A stretch of 63,109 nucleotides of DNA, the filler included, from Octopus bimaculoides (taxonomy: Eukaryota): the NCBI RefSeq assembly GCF_001194135.2. It is 5 parts of 5 records of this genome, joined end to end, with 100 filler letters (N's around TTAATTAATTAA, not from the genome) between each part and the next. Parts side by side here need not be neighbours in the genome. Positions count along the whole stretch, not along the records: positions 1 to 20,907 come from NC_069008.1; positions 21,008 to 29,216 come from NC_069004.1; 3 more parts are not named here. One strand, given 5' to 3'. Below the pieces are notes generated by a model, which saw only the letters and a list, made by a program, of their open reading frames with translations, ran no database searches and was not told where the DNA came from. This document shows, one piece after another, positions 11,990 to 24,244 of the stretch; positions within the stretch are counted from its first letter, which is position 1; every line of letters begins with the position of its first letter. The position numbers were made by a program, and so were the translations under genes.

Positions 11990-12049
11990 TACGACGGGCT
12001 TCATACAGTTTCCGTCTACCAAATCCACTCACAAGTGCATGTGTGTATG

Positions 12050-12114
12050 TGTATATCTATCAAACAATCTTTCTATCAGTCTATCTATCTATCTATCTAT
12101 CTATCTATCATCTG

Positions 12115-12145
<31 letters not shown>

Positions 12146-12146
12146 G

Positions 12147-12177
<31 letters not shown>

Positions 12178-12237
12178 GTCTGTCTATCTATCAAACAATC
12201 TTTCTATCTATCTATCTACATCATCTTTATCTGTCTA

Positions 12238-12268
<31 letters not shown>

Positions 12269-12503
12269 GTCTATCTATCTATCTATCTATCTATCAAACA
12301 ATCTTTCTATCTATCTATCTACATCATCTTTATCTGTCTATCTGTCTGTCTGTCTGTCTGTGTATCTATCTATTTATTTATATATATGTATGGATGTATA
12401 TATCTATGTACGTATGTATATGTGTATGTGTATATCTATCAATCTATCCATCGATTTATCTTTCTGTCTGTCTGTCTATCTATCTTAATATCTATCTATC
12501 TAT

Positions 12504-12570
<67 letters not shown>
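12050..12570. repeat. (TATC)n/(TGTC)n array with higher-order units, then (TA)n
   Basis: The anchor caaacaatctttctatc recurs at 12061, 12192 and 12295. Confidence 0.9.
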
Positions 12571-12575
<5 letters not shown>

Positions 12576-13017
12576 CAAGGTGCATGGCTCAGTGGTTAGG
12601 GTATTCAGCTCATGATCATAGGGTCGTGAGTTCAATTCCTGGTGGTACATTGTATTCTTGAGCAAGATACTTTACTTCATGGTGCTCCAGTCCACTCGGC
12701 TGATAAAAATGAGTAGCATCTGCATTTCAAGAGGCCAGCCTTGTCACTCTCTGTGTCACGCTGAATCTCCCTGAGAAGTATGTGTGTCTGTGGAGTACTC
12801 AGCCACTTGCACAGTAATCTCAGAAGCAAGCTGTCCCCTTGATTCGATTAACCGGAACCCTCGTCGTCGTAAGTGATGGAGTGCCAGTTCTATGCATATA
12901 TAATTCTTCATGCTGTTATTTACAGGTTCATGTCTGCTTTGAGATCCGCTGTTCCCAAAAAGAAATTTTACATGAGTTCTTAAAAGTTTATAAGTTCTTA
13001 ATGTATGTATATTCTAG

Positions 13018-13108
13018 AACCGATATTGGAGGAAGAATAAACGCGTTGTTACCAAAAATTGCACTGGTGTAGACCTCAACAGGAACTTTGACATAAACTG
13101 GGGAACCG
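13018..13108 (+). CDS. M14A carboxypeptidase exon (Arg127, Asn144-Arg145)
   Basis: attctag|...g|gtaagt, 91 nt, ends in phase 1. NRYWRKNKRVVTKNCTGVDLNRNFDINWGT contains WRK and GVDLNRNF. Confidence 0.96.
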
Positions 13109-14246
13109 GTAAGTAAAGTGATGCATAAAGTTAGAGTCATGCATGGATCACATGCACTGTTACAATCACTCATGTTCTATTCATAATACTTATGAAGCAG
13201 GGGGATAAACCCCCATATAGACTTGCATAGTGGTTCTGCATTGTCCTAGATCAACCCTGATGACAATCACATCCTTCTAACGGGTACCTGAGGCTATATT
13301 AATGAAGGTATCCTTTGAAGATAATTAGGGGTGATATGAGTAATATTTAGTTGCTATTTCTAACAGGTTTTGTTGTCAACTAGTAATATTCATCATTGAC
13401 TGATACACACATACATATACACACACGCACATACATTGCACACACACACACACACATTGCACACACACACACACGCACACACACATATATAAGCTAATAT
13501 AAACAGTTGGATGCAATATAATGCCATAAAGGAAAAATTCAATTGCCACTAAATGTGACTAAAGTTGCCGAGACACTTACATTGCTAGAAATAGGAGTAA
13601 AATACTCCTAGTGCTTTAGGAAGAGTGCAAGTGTATAAATTATGAGGGTAAAAAATTGAAATAATTTATAAATAATGGTTCGCATGTGTAATAAAAGTCA
13701 TAAGACAACATATTTTTATATATAAGAGTGTATAAAGATTTATACACAGAGAAAAGACCCTTGACAGGACTTCTTACATGCTAAAAAGAGCAGTTAAACC
13801 CAAACTGTGAAAAAATAATTCTTAAGGCAGACTGTAATGGCACTAGAGTGAATAAAACAAAAAATTAGTTAATCCCATACTCAAGTTTCTCTATTAATGG
13901 CTGAATAAATTAATTTGTCATCTGTGGTTCATCAGTGGGATCACTAAATAATGCATGATTATGTAGCTTTATGTACCAAAAACATGTGTGCAAGACAGCC
14001 CCAGCTTTATACATTATGGTTTCAAATTTAGTGTGCTAGCGCAGTCAAACAGCCCAGCAGTAAATAAATTTAAACTGTGTACCATATGGCCTTTTTTGTT
14101 TTATCCATTCTAGTGCCATTAACAACGTGCCTTAAGAATTATTTTCTTGGGTTTAACTGGTTTTGGATTTAACTGTCCTTTGTAGCATGTAAGGAGTCCT
14201 ATCAATGGTCTTCTCTCTGTGTATAAATCTTTATACTCTCTTATAT

Positions 14247-14282
<36 letters not shown>

Positions 14283-14811
14283 NNNNNNNNNNNNNNNNNN
14301 NNNNNNNNNNNNNNNNNNNNNNNNNNNNNNNNNNNNNNNNNNNNNNNNNNNNNNNNNNNNNNNNNNNNNNNNNNNNNNNNNNNNNNNNNNNNNNNNNNNN
14401 NNNNNNNNNNNNNNNNNNNNNNNNNNNNNNNNNNNNNNNNNNNNNNNNNNNNNNNNNNNNNNNNNNNNNNNNNNNNNNNNNNNNNNNNNNNNNNNNNNNN
14501 NNNNNNNNNNNNNNNNNNNNNNNNNNNNNNNNNNNNNNNNNNNNNNNNNNNNNNNNNNNNNNNNNNNNNNNNNNNNNNNNNNNNNNNNNNNNNNNNNNNN
14601 NNNNNNNCCCTTCCTAACGCCAACCACTCAGAGAGTGTAGTGGGTGCTTTTACGTGTCACCCGCACGAAAACAACCACGCTCGAAATGGTGTCTTTTATG
14701 TGCCACCCGCACAATATATAATATAAAATAAAAATGGATGGTACTATGAAATAAAGTATTGAATGTCTTATTGAATATATGGAATATGTCTTATTGAATA
14801 GATGAAATTAT

Positions 14812-14842
<31 letters not shown>

Positions 14843-15207
14843 CACACACGTCTGTCTTTGTATCTATGTTTGTCCTCATCAACACCACTTGACAACCGGT
14901 GTTGGTTTGTTTACATTCCCAAAACTTAGTGGTTTGGCAAAAGAGACTAATCGTAATAGGCTTTAAAAAAGTACTGGGATTGATTCATTTAATTAAAAAT
15001 TTCAAGGCGATGCCCCAGCATGGCCACAGACTAATGACTGAAACAAGTAGAAGACAAAAGATAAAAGGAAATCTACCAACTGCTGCTATTTCTAGGAAAT
15101 TGAGCGGGAGCATATAGGTTCAGAGTTTTCAATTTCAGTCGAATGATGGCAGGCAAATATCTTTTTAACCCATCATCTCTGTATATCTCTCCTCTTATGC
15201 ATTACAG

Positions 15208-15404
15208 TTGATGCAAGTGATGATCCATGCTCAGACATTTACTGTGGGAAAGCACCGTTTTCTGAGCCAGAGACTCAATCCTTGAAAACGTTCATACAAG
15301 CGTCATGGCCTTTGATAGGTTACATTTCCCTGCATGCATATGCACAGCTGATTATTTGCCCTTATTCATACACAAAAGCGACTCCAGAAGATTTTGAAGA
15401 ACTG
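15208..15404 (+). CDS. M14A carboxypeptidase exon with third Zn ligand His196
   Basis: attacag|...|gtaagc, 197 nt. (V)DASDDPCSDIYCGKAPFSEPETQSLKTFIQASWPLIGYISLHAYAQLIICPYSYTKATPEDFEEL. Confidence 0.96.
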
Positions 15405-15816
15405 GTAAGCTGATATTTTATTCTAAGCTCTGTATTATATTGTATCTTTTATATTTTACCTTTTACTTGTTTCAGCCATTAGACTGTGGCCATACTGGGG
15501 CACCACCATGAAGTACTAGGGTTGAATGAATTGACCCTAGTACTTATTTTTTTATAAGCCTGGTATTAATTTTATCAATTTTTTTTTGCTGAACTACTAA
15601 GCCACAGGGCTGTAAACACACCAACACTGTTTGTCAAGTAGTGGTGGGGGTAGAAACACAGAAACAAAGACACTCACATATATATATATATATATATCAT
15701 CATCATCATCATCATCATCGTTTAACGTCCGCTTTTCATGCTAGCATGGGTTGGACGATTTGACTGAGGACTGGTGAAACCGGATGGCAACACCAGGCTC
15801 CAGTCTGATTTGGCAG

Positions 15817-15857
<41 letters not shown>

Positions 15858-16972
15858 AAAAATAAATATACAAAAAAAGGGTTTTGTATGATCGTGTATA
15901 GAGGAATNNNNNNNNNNNNNNNNNNNNNNNNNNNNNNNNNNNNNNNNNNNNNNNNNNNNNNNNNNNNNNNNNNNNNNNNNNNNNNNNNNNNNNNNNNNNN
16001 NNNNNNNNNNNNNNNNNNNNNNNNNNNNNNNNNNNNNNNNNNNNNNNNNNNNNNNNNNNNNNNNNNNNNNNNNNNNNNNNNNNNNNNNNNNNNNNNNNNN
16101 NNNNNNNNNNNNNNNNNNNNNNNNNNNNNNNNNNNNNNNNNNNNNNNNNNNNNNNNNNNNNNNNNNNNNNNNNNNNNNNNNNNNNNNNNNNNNNNNNNNN
16201 NNNNNNNNNNNNNNNNNNNNNNNNNNNNNNNNNNNNNNNNNNNNNNNNNNNNNNNNNNNNNNNNNNNNNNNNNNNNNNNNNNNNNNNNNNNNNNNNNNNN
16301 NNNNNNNNNNNNNNNNNNNNNNNNNNNNNNNNNNNNNNNNNNNNNNNNNNNNNNNNNNNNNNNNNNNNNNNNNNNNNNNNNNNNNNNNNNNNNNNNNNNN
16401 NNNNNNNNNNNNNNNNNNNNNNNNNNNNNNNNNNNNNNNNNNNNNNNNNNNNNNNNNNNNNNNNNNNNNNNNNNNNNAAAAATCATCATTACAACAAAAT
16501 CAAATCAAATCAAATTCTATAGTCCTCCATATCCAGGCCCCCAAGCAAGATTCCTGCTGCCTGCAGGAAAGCCCGCAATGGCTGGCCCGGCTTCATGGGG
16601 ATGAAGTCTTTCTTGTCCCAAATCCTTTCAATTTCAATTCCTTCATTGACATATATCTTACTAAGCTTATTACCACATGGCCATGTCTCCGTCTTGTAGT
16701 TTACTAATTGCAAATCAGGCTTGAACCTGGTGCAGCTCTTCTGCTGGCCAGCTCTGGTCAAACCATCCAACCCATGCCAGCATGGAAAACGAACACTAAA
16801 GGATGATGATGATGATGATGACTGTGTATTTACAATCAAGTGCACTCACATCTATGCACACATCCTTCACCACACATACACACACACACATATACATACA
16901 TGCAGGCATATGAGGAAGCAGATTCTGATGAGCACAGTGCATAACAACATCCAATAGAGTGGTCAACACAAT

Positions 16973-17031
<59 letters not shown>

Positions 17032-18208
17032 NNNNNNNNNNNNNNNNNNNNNNNNNNNNNNNNNNNNNNNNNNNNNNNNNNNNNNNNNNNNNNNNNNNNN
17101 NNNNNNNNNNNNNNNNNNNNNNNNNNNNNNNNNNNNNNNNNNNNNNNNNNNNNNNNNNNNNNNNNNNNNNNNNNNNNNNNNNNNNNNNNNNNNNNNNNNN
17201 NNNNNNNNNNNNNNNNNNNNNNNNNNNNNNNNNNNNNNNNNNNNNNNNNNNNNNNNNNNNNNNNNNNNNNNNNNNNNNNNNNNNNNNNNNNNNNNNNNNN
17301 NNNNNNNNNNNNNNNNNNNNNNNNNNNNNNNNNNNNNNNNNNNNNNNNNNNNNNNNNNNNNNNNNNNNNNNNNNNNNNNNNNNNNNNNNNNNNNNNNNNN
17401 NNNNNNNNNNNNNNNNNNNNNNNNNNNNNNNNNNNNNNNNNNNNNNNNNNNNNNNNNNNNNNNNNNNNNNNNNNNNNNNNNNNNNNNNNNNNNNNNNNNN
17501 NNNNNNNNNNNNNNNNNNNNNNNNNNNNNNNNNNNNNNNNNNNNNNNNNNNNNNNNNNNNNNNNNNNNNNNNNNNNNNNNNNNNNNNNNNNNNNNNNNNN
17601 NNNNNNNNNNNNNNNNNNNNNNNNNNNNNNNNNNNNNNNNNNNNNNNNNNNNNNNNNNNNNNNNNCCTGTAATTCAAAGGGGTCAGCCTTGTCACACTAT
17701 GTGTCACGCTGAATCTCCCCGAGAACTACGTTAAGGGTACACGTGTCTGTGGAGTGCTCAGCTACTTGCACGTTAATTTCACGAGCAGGCTGTTCCGTTG
17801 ATCGGATCAACTGGAACCCTCGACGTCGTAAGCGACGGAGTACCAACAGACAGAACAAAGATTATACTGCTGGTAGTGTACCCAATTATTCATACCCAAA
17901 TGCTGGTTATTGCATGGCAACCTCGCAATTGAGTGTCATATATGGACAGGGGTAAAAAGTGGTTTACTCTTAATTTATACGGCAAATAAGAAAATGGAGA
18001 GGATACAAAACGACTTACTTCATCTGGCAGACATTCCAGTGTGTCTATTTATTCCAAAGCATTAGAAAGTATTAGAAGAAAAACATACACATACAGTAAC
18101 TACGTGTTACACACACGTGTTGATATTATAGAAAAGAGCAAAAGATCCAGAATGGCTGCTGTCCAATGACTGAAACAAGTAAAAGAGTAACACAATTTTC
18201 TTTTTCAG

Positions 18209-18293
18209 GCCAAACTTGCTGAGAATGTGACAAGGGCCATATATAACACAACAGGGGAACAGTACTTAGTGGGAGAAGGATCTCGTGCATTGT
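18209..18293 (+). CDS. M14A carboxypeptidase exon
   Basis: tttttcag|...t|gtaagt, 85 nt, ends in phase 1. AKLAENVTRAIYNTTGEQYLVGEGSRAL; the split codon t|at gives Tyr248. Confidence 0.93.
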
Positions 18294-18449
18294 GTAAGTT
18301 CTGTTCAGGCTTCATTACGTTCTCCCTGTTTTGTGCTCTGTGATATGTCTTAATCTTCTACTTGTTTCAGTCATTAACTGCAGCCATGCTGGGGCGTGAC
18401 CTTCAAGGGGTCTAATCAAGCGAATGGACTCCAGTACTTATTTCTTTTT

Positions 18450-18640
18450 AACCCATCAAGAAATGATGGACATCCTCTACTTTCTTGAGCTTCAAGGCTC
18501 TCATCCTCACTACAGAATCTCTCAAACCACCTTCATACTGTCTGATCACTAGGAGATCCTTCACCCCATGCTTTGATGATACTGGTGGCTGCCTGGGAAG
18601 CATTATGTCCAAGCTTGAATTGAGGAAAAAAACTAAACAA
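18450..18640 (-). mobile_element. Hsmar1/SETMAR-like mariner N-terminal fragment
   Basis: FKLGHNASQAATSIIKAWGEGSPSDQTV*RWFERFCSEDESLEAQESRGCP matches the mariner HTH pattern FKLGH...WF..F..GD.SLED..R.GRP. Confidence 0.7.
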
Positions 18641-18758
18641 TTTTTTTTTTTATGTTTGAAATTAAGGATTTCTACGATTCAAAATAATATTCCAAAAGAA
18701 ATCAGTAAATATTTATTAAAGAGTACACACCAATTACGAAGCATGTACAATTTCAGCT

Positions 18759-19146
18759 TGTTGTTGTTGGCACTCCGTCGCTTACGACGTCGAGGGTTCC
18801 AGTTGATCCGATCAACGGAACAGCCTGCTCGTGAAATTAACGTGCAAGTGGCTGAGCACTCCACAGACACATGTACCCTTAACGTAGTTCTCGGGGATAT
18901 TCAGCGTGACACAGAGTGTGACAAGGCTGACCCTTTGAATTACAGGCACAACAGAAACAGGAAGTAAGAGTGAGAGAAAGTTGTGGTGAAAGAGTACAGC
19001 AGGGTTCGCCACCATCCCCAGCCGGAGCCTCGTGGAGCTTTAGGTGTTTTCGCTCAATAAACACTCACAACGCCTGGTCTGGGAATCGAAACTGTGATCC
19101 TATGACCATGAGTCTACTGCCCTAATCACTGGGCCATTGCGCCTCC
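18759..19146 (-). mobile_element. tRNA-headed SINE family B, full-length copy with (CAA)n tail
   Basis: Head (rc) ggaggcgcaatggcccagtg...ttcgattccc and tail gtgccaacaacaacaa. Other copies or variants: 2201-2670(-), 12577-12890(+), 17666-17848(+), 36750-37065(+), 37517-37760(+), 40700-40960(-), 44738-44940(-). Confidence 0.85.
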
Positions 19147-19294
19147 ACACAATTTCAGCTTAAACACTACAAAAATAACATCTTAAAGTGAATTTGAAAA
19201 AATGTCTTTGAAAAATTGGTCAGTATTTTCCAAAAAACCTAAAAGTAATTTTTAGCATGTAAACATTGTTATTTTGTATGTTTATCTTTTTCAG

Positions 19295-19557
19295 ATGAAG
19301 CCAGTGGGTGTTCAACGGATTGGGTCAAGAAAGTACTTGGCGTTAAATACTCGTATGCCATTGAAATGCGGCCCACTGACAATGACACGAGGGGCTTCAG
19401 CCTTCCAGCCAGTGAGATAGAGCCGACATCCAGGGACATCTTCGTAGCTTTAAAGACATTCGCAAATGGCTTTAAGAGAAATATTTCTTATCTAAGGGAC
19501 AGTTTGAAGAACTGCAACAACACAGAAGAAGCACAGAAGGAAACAGGCAGAGGATAG
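19295..19557 (+). CDS. M14A carboxypeptidase last coding exon (Tyr248, catalytic Glu270, stop)
   Basis: ctttttcag| acceptor. (Y)EASGCSTDWVKKVLGVKYSYAIEMRPTDNDTRGFSLPASEIEPTSRDIFVALKTFANGFKRNISYLRDSLKNCNNTEEAQKETGRG* ends at TAG 19555-19557. Confidence 0.96.
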
Positions 19558-19642
19558 ACTTAAAAGACAGGAGAGGCGTGGAGACAGCAGGAACTAGACA
19601 CATACTATATGCATGTAGTATAAAGACAGTTTACCATATATA

Positions 19643-19755
<113 letters not shown>

Positions 19756-19776
19756 ATGCCTATGTATATATATAAC

Positions 19777-20279
19777 TACATAGTTTCCCAGAATTAACTA
19801 TTTATTTCAATGAAATCAGGCAAATTAAAAAAAAAATGACAGAATTTTATGATACAAAAACAAATAGATTTATAAATCTTACATCAAGACTTTATTGAAA
19901 ATTTTCAAAATGTGCTCTGTCTGTTGCCCTGTAAATTTCAAATCCATCCTTAGCATTGTGAACACACATTTTGAAGCACTTCAGGAGTTACCTTCAGTAT
20001 TGCTAAATGAATGCATTCTCTAAGCTCAGCTATTTTATTCATCCAGCATGGGTACGGACGTGGAGAAAATGATTGCAGCCAAGTTGAAAAACAGATGTCA
20101 TGGACAGATAAACGGAATCCGACAGGAATGAAAATAAAATTAGAAACAGAAAACATAACATTATATTAAAAAAATTCAAATTGAAAATTTGTACACTTTT
20201 AACACATATTAAACATGAATAAAAGTGAGTTTTTGAAAAAACTGTCTGAAATAGATACTTAATTCTGGGACACCCTGTA
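19777..20279 (-). mobile_element. Non-autonomous Tc1/mariner-type element with both TIRs
   Basis: TIRs TAcatagtttcccagaattaactatttatttca and (rc) TAcagggtgtcccagaattaagtatctatttca. Residual transposase C-terminus IAELRECIHLAILKVTPEVLQNV. Confidence 0.8.
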
Positions 20280-20347
20280 TGTATGTATGTATGTATGTAT
20301 GTATGTATGTATGTATGTGTGTGTGTGTGTGTATGTATATATGTGTG

Positions 20348-20421
<74 letters not shown>

Positions 20422-20872
20422 TGTAAGCATATATATGTGTGTATATATATATGTGTGTGTGTGTGTGTGCATATCATCATCATCGTCGTTTAATGTCCGC
20501 TTTCCATGCTAGCATGGGTTGGACGATTTGACTGAGGACTGGTGAAACCAGATGGCTACACCAGGCCCCAATCTGATTTGGCAGAGTTTCTACAGCTGGA
20601 TGCCCTTCCTAACGCCAACCACTCTGAGAGTGTAGTGGGTGCTTTTACGTGACACCGGCACGAAGACCAGTCAGGTGGTACTGGCAATGGCCATGCTCAA
20701 AATGATGTATTTTATGTGCCACCTGCACAGGAGCCAATCCAGCGGTACTGGCAACGATCTCGCTCGAATGTCTTTACACATGCCACCAGCACAAGTGCAG
20801 GAAGGCGATGCTGGTAACGATTACGCTCAAATGGTGTATACATATCTATCTATGTATCTGTCTATCTATCTA

Positions 20873-20907
<35 letters not shown>

Positions 20908-21984
20908 NNNNNNNNNNNNNNNNNNNNNNNNNNNNNNNNNNNNNNNNNNNNTTAATTAATTAANNNNNNNNNNNNNNNNNNNNNNNNNNNNNNNNNNNNN
21001 NNNNNNNTATATATATATACATAATAAAAAATACACACCGTGTACAAGACATCACCAACGAGTGAAAAATACGTAAACACACGAGAGAAAATGCCAAAAG
21101 AAGGTAACTCCTCATAAGTTGTCCGACTGTTTATTACCCTTATTTTGTGCTCTTAACGACAATATAAGGAAACTTCATAAGACAGCAGCATCCAGAAATT
21201 TTTAAAATATAAAATTCATGGAGAGTTAGAGCTTCGAACCAACAAACAACGACAGAGTGGACGTACAGAGTAAACAATCGGTGAACAGAGTAAACAAGAT
21301 GAATTGTAATGAGTAACGCATGGGAGAAATTTTGTCAAGGAAATAGAATAATTAGAAGAGAAGAAAATAGAAGAAAAATGTCAGGAGCCGAGAAAAATGA
21401 CATCCAACCCGGAGAACGTCTAGTCCAGAAAAGTCAGGGCAAGAGAAATTACCTGTAATCACGTGTAACAGTGGTATAGAGGAAGGGGGACAAGAGAGAG
21501 GATGAGGGAAAGAAACAAAAGGAGTGAGGAGAAGGGAGAAGGAACGACAGATAGGGAGTGAAAGAAAGTCAAATAGGGGAAGCAAAGAAGGTTATAGTGG
21601 GACAGAGAGAGGAAAAGAAAACAGTGTGTAGTCACAGAAATTATATATAGATGTAAGAATTCACTGTGGTCGAGACTGCTTGGCGTTCGATTATAAATGA
21701 ATAAAATAAGAAATACACATTGTGTGTGCGTGTGTGTGTGTGTGTATATATATATATATGTATATNNNNNNNNNNNNNNNNNNNNNNNNNNNNNNNNNNN
21801 NNNNNNNNNNNNNNNNNNNNNNNNNNNNNNNNNNNNNNNNNNNNNNNNNNNNNNNNNNNNNNNNNAGTAGCCCGCGCTCTTAACCACTACGCCATATGCA
21901 ATTATGGAGTGAATTCTAGGGCTTACAAATTTAATATTCTCCTATCCTTCCTTAATACCGGTTCCCATAAGGTACTTTTCGATG

Positions 21985-22078
21985 TAATTATTATTGTTAT
22001 TATTATTACTATTATTATTGTTATTGTTGTTGCTTTTGTTGTTGTTGTTGCTGCTGCTGCTGTTGTTGTTGTCGTTGT

Positions 22079-22139
<61 letters not shown>

Positions 22140-22160
22140 CTTGTTCTTGTTGTTATTATT
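21985..22160. repeat. (TTA)n/(TTG)n/(CTG)n compound microsatellite
   Basis: Direct reading. Confidence 0.95.
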
Positions 22161-22298
22161 ATTCAGGTCACTGCCTGGAATCGAACTTGGAATCTTGAGG
22201 TTAGTAGCCCGCGCTCTTAACCATCACGAGCATATGGCGTAGTGGTTAAGAGCGCGGGTTACTAACCCCAAGATTCCGAGTTCGATTCCAAGCAGTGA

Positions 22299-22330
<32 letters not shown>
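22153..22330. mobile_element. Two short tRNA-derived SINE family E copies, head-to-head
   Basis: gcatatggcgtagtggttaagagcgcgggttactaaccccaagattccgagttcgattcc...gacctgaataataa and its reverse complement. A third head is at 21866-21900(-). Confidence 0.75.
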
Positions 22331-22333
<3 letters not shown>

Positions 22334-23117
22334 TAGAAAATACCTTAGGAATGAGAACCCAGGTTCAAAATTTCCCCAAGACAGCTGAAGAAGGCTGGAG
22401 GGTATATCAGCCGAAACATTGCGTTAACAACAAGATGAGGACAAATATCCGTCGAATGTAAAAAATGTAAATAATGTACATAATTCCTCATCTTTAAATA
22501 TAGAACTGTGTATGTTTGTATGTATGCATGTATGTACGTATGCATACATTTATGTAAATATTATGTACTTGCACTCACAGAAACACACACACATTCATAT
22601 GCGACTAGCTCTTGCAAAATATCTTCGTAACTATCCTCCGCGTTGGCTTATATAAGTATATATATATATATATATATATATATATNNNNNNNNNNNNNNN
22701 NNNNNNNNNNNNNNNNNNNNNNNNNNNNNNNNNNNNNNNNNNNNNNNNNNNNNNNNNNNNNNNNNNNNNNNNNNNNNNNNNNNNNNNNNNNNNNNNNNNN
22801 NNNNNNNNNNNNNNNNNNNNNNNNNNNNNNNNNNNNNNNNNNNNNNNNNNNNNNNNNNNNNNNNNNNNNNNNNNNNNNNNNNNNNNNNNNNNNNNNNNNN
22901 NNNNNNNNNNNNNNNNNNNNNNNNNNNNNNNNNNNNNNNNNNNNNNNNNNNNNNNNNNNNNNNNNNNNNNNNNNNNNNNNNNNNNNNNNNNNNNNNNNNN
23001 NNNNNNNNNNNNNNNNNNNNNNNNNNNNNNNNNNNNNNNNNNNNNNNNNNNNNNNNNNNNNNNNNNNNNNNNNNNNNNNNNNNNNNNNNNNNNNNNNNNN
23101 NNNNNNNNNNNNNNNNN

Positions 23118-23153
<36 letters not shown>

Positions 23154-23665
23154 ATATTACATAGATATAATCAAATAAGGCGACTGCCAGTTACTATTGT
23201 TTCTGTACCACTCCGTTTTTAAAGCAATTGCATGCAAGCTTTCATACGGATAGTTACGTAATATTAGTGGTTTTATATTACAGAATGGCACTTCATCAAA
23301 CATACATCAAATGGTGCGCTCTTACATCGCTAGATCCACACATGGGATTGAGCGGTGTTGTACCTGTATTTTCTAGACTAGCAGAACTTCGGTTTTGTTC
23401 GAGACCTTGATACAAGAGTGTATACAGCTACGAGTATGGGTTCAGTATTGCATTAAATATACTCGTGTTTTCTACTCTATCAGGACTATTATATCGATGC
23501 GTATGTGTGTATGTATGTGTGTGTATATGTATATATATATATGTATGTATGTATGTAATGTATGTACCTATGTATGATTGTATGTATGTGTGTATACACC
23601 GTTTATGTATTCAAATATTTTGTATGCATGTTATGTATGTATGTGTGTATGTAAATCATATATGC

Positions 23666-23749
<84 letters not shown>

Positions 23750-24089
23750 ATTTAGTTCTGTATATCTGTATGTGTACATGTATATATATATATAGTATAA
23801 TATAAAGCCAATAGAGAGTTTGAAACGATCGTAAGCATTACGTACTCGACAGTTATGCAAATAAATTGATTTTGCTGTATTCAAACTCTATTAAATTTAC
23901 ATTCACATATATCGAAGCAGTTGGAAACATCTACATGAACTACAGGAACCCCATAATGTGTATAGCACTGGTGTCTGTTAAACACTAATACAAAGACAAA
24001 GACAAATTTCAGTAAATTCACAGATAAACCGGAGGAAGCTAAGATGTAAGACATCCCTGGAAAGCGCAATTTCTTTCTTTACAAAACCT

Positions 24090-24242
<153 letters not shown>

Positions 24243-24244
24243 GT

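Noticed and set aside
16500-16730. Minus-strand reading ...PLRAFLQAAG... with an (ATTTG)n tail, a possible LINE 3' end
   Set aside because: Too short and degenerate to assign without a database search.
20908-21007. TTAATTAATTAA island inside N-runs, recurring identically at 29217-29316, 43832-43931 and 57759-57858
   Set aside because: Each is exactly 44 N + 12 nt + 44 N = 100. The palindrome has stops in all six frames, so it is a scaffolding spacer and not a biological motif.
22230-22300. tRNA gene calls for SINE heads (also 7237, 12577, 19146, 37517)
   Set aside because: They lack a paired acceptor stem, run into SINE bodies and are multicopy and diverged.
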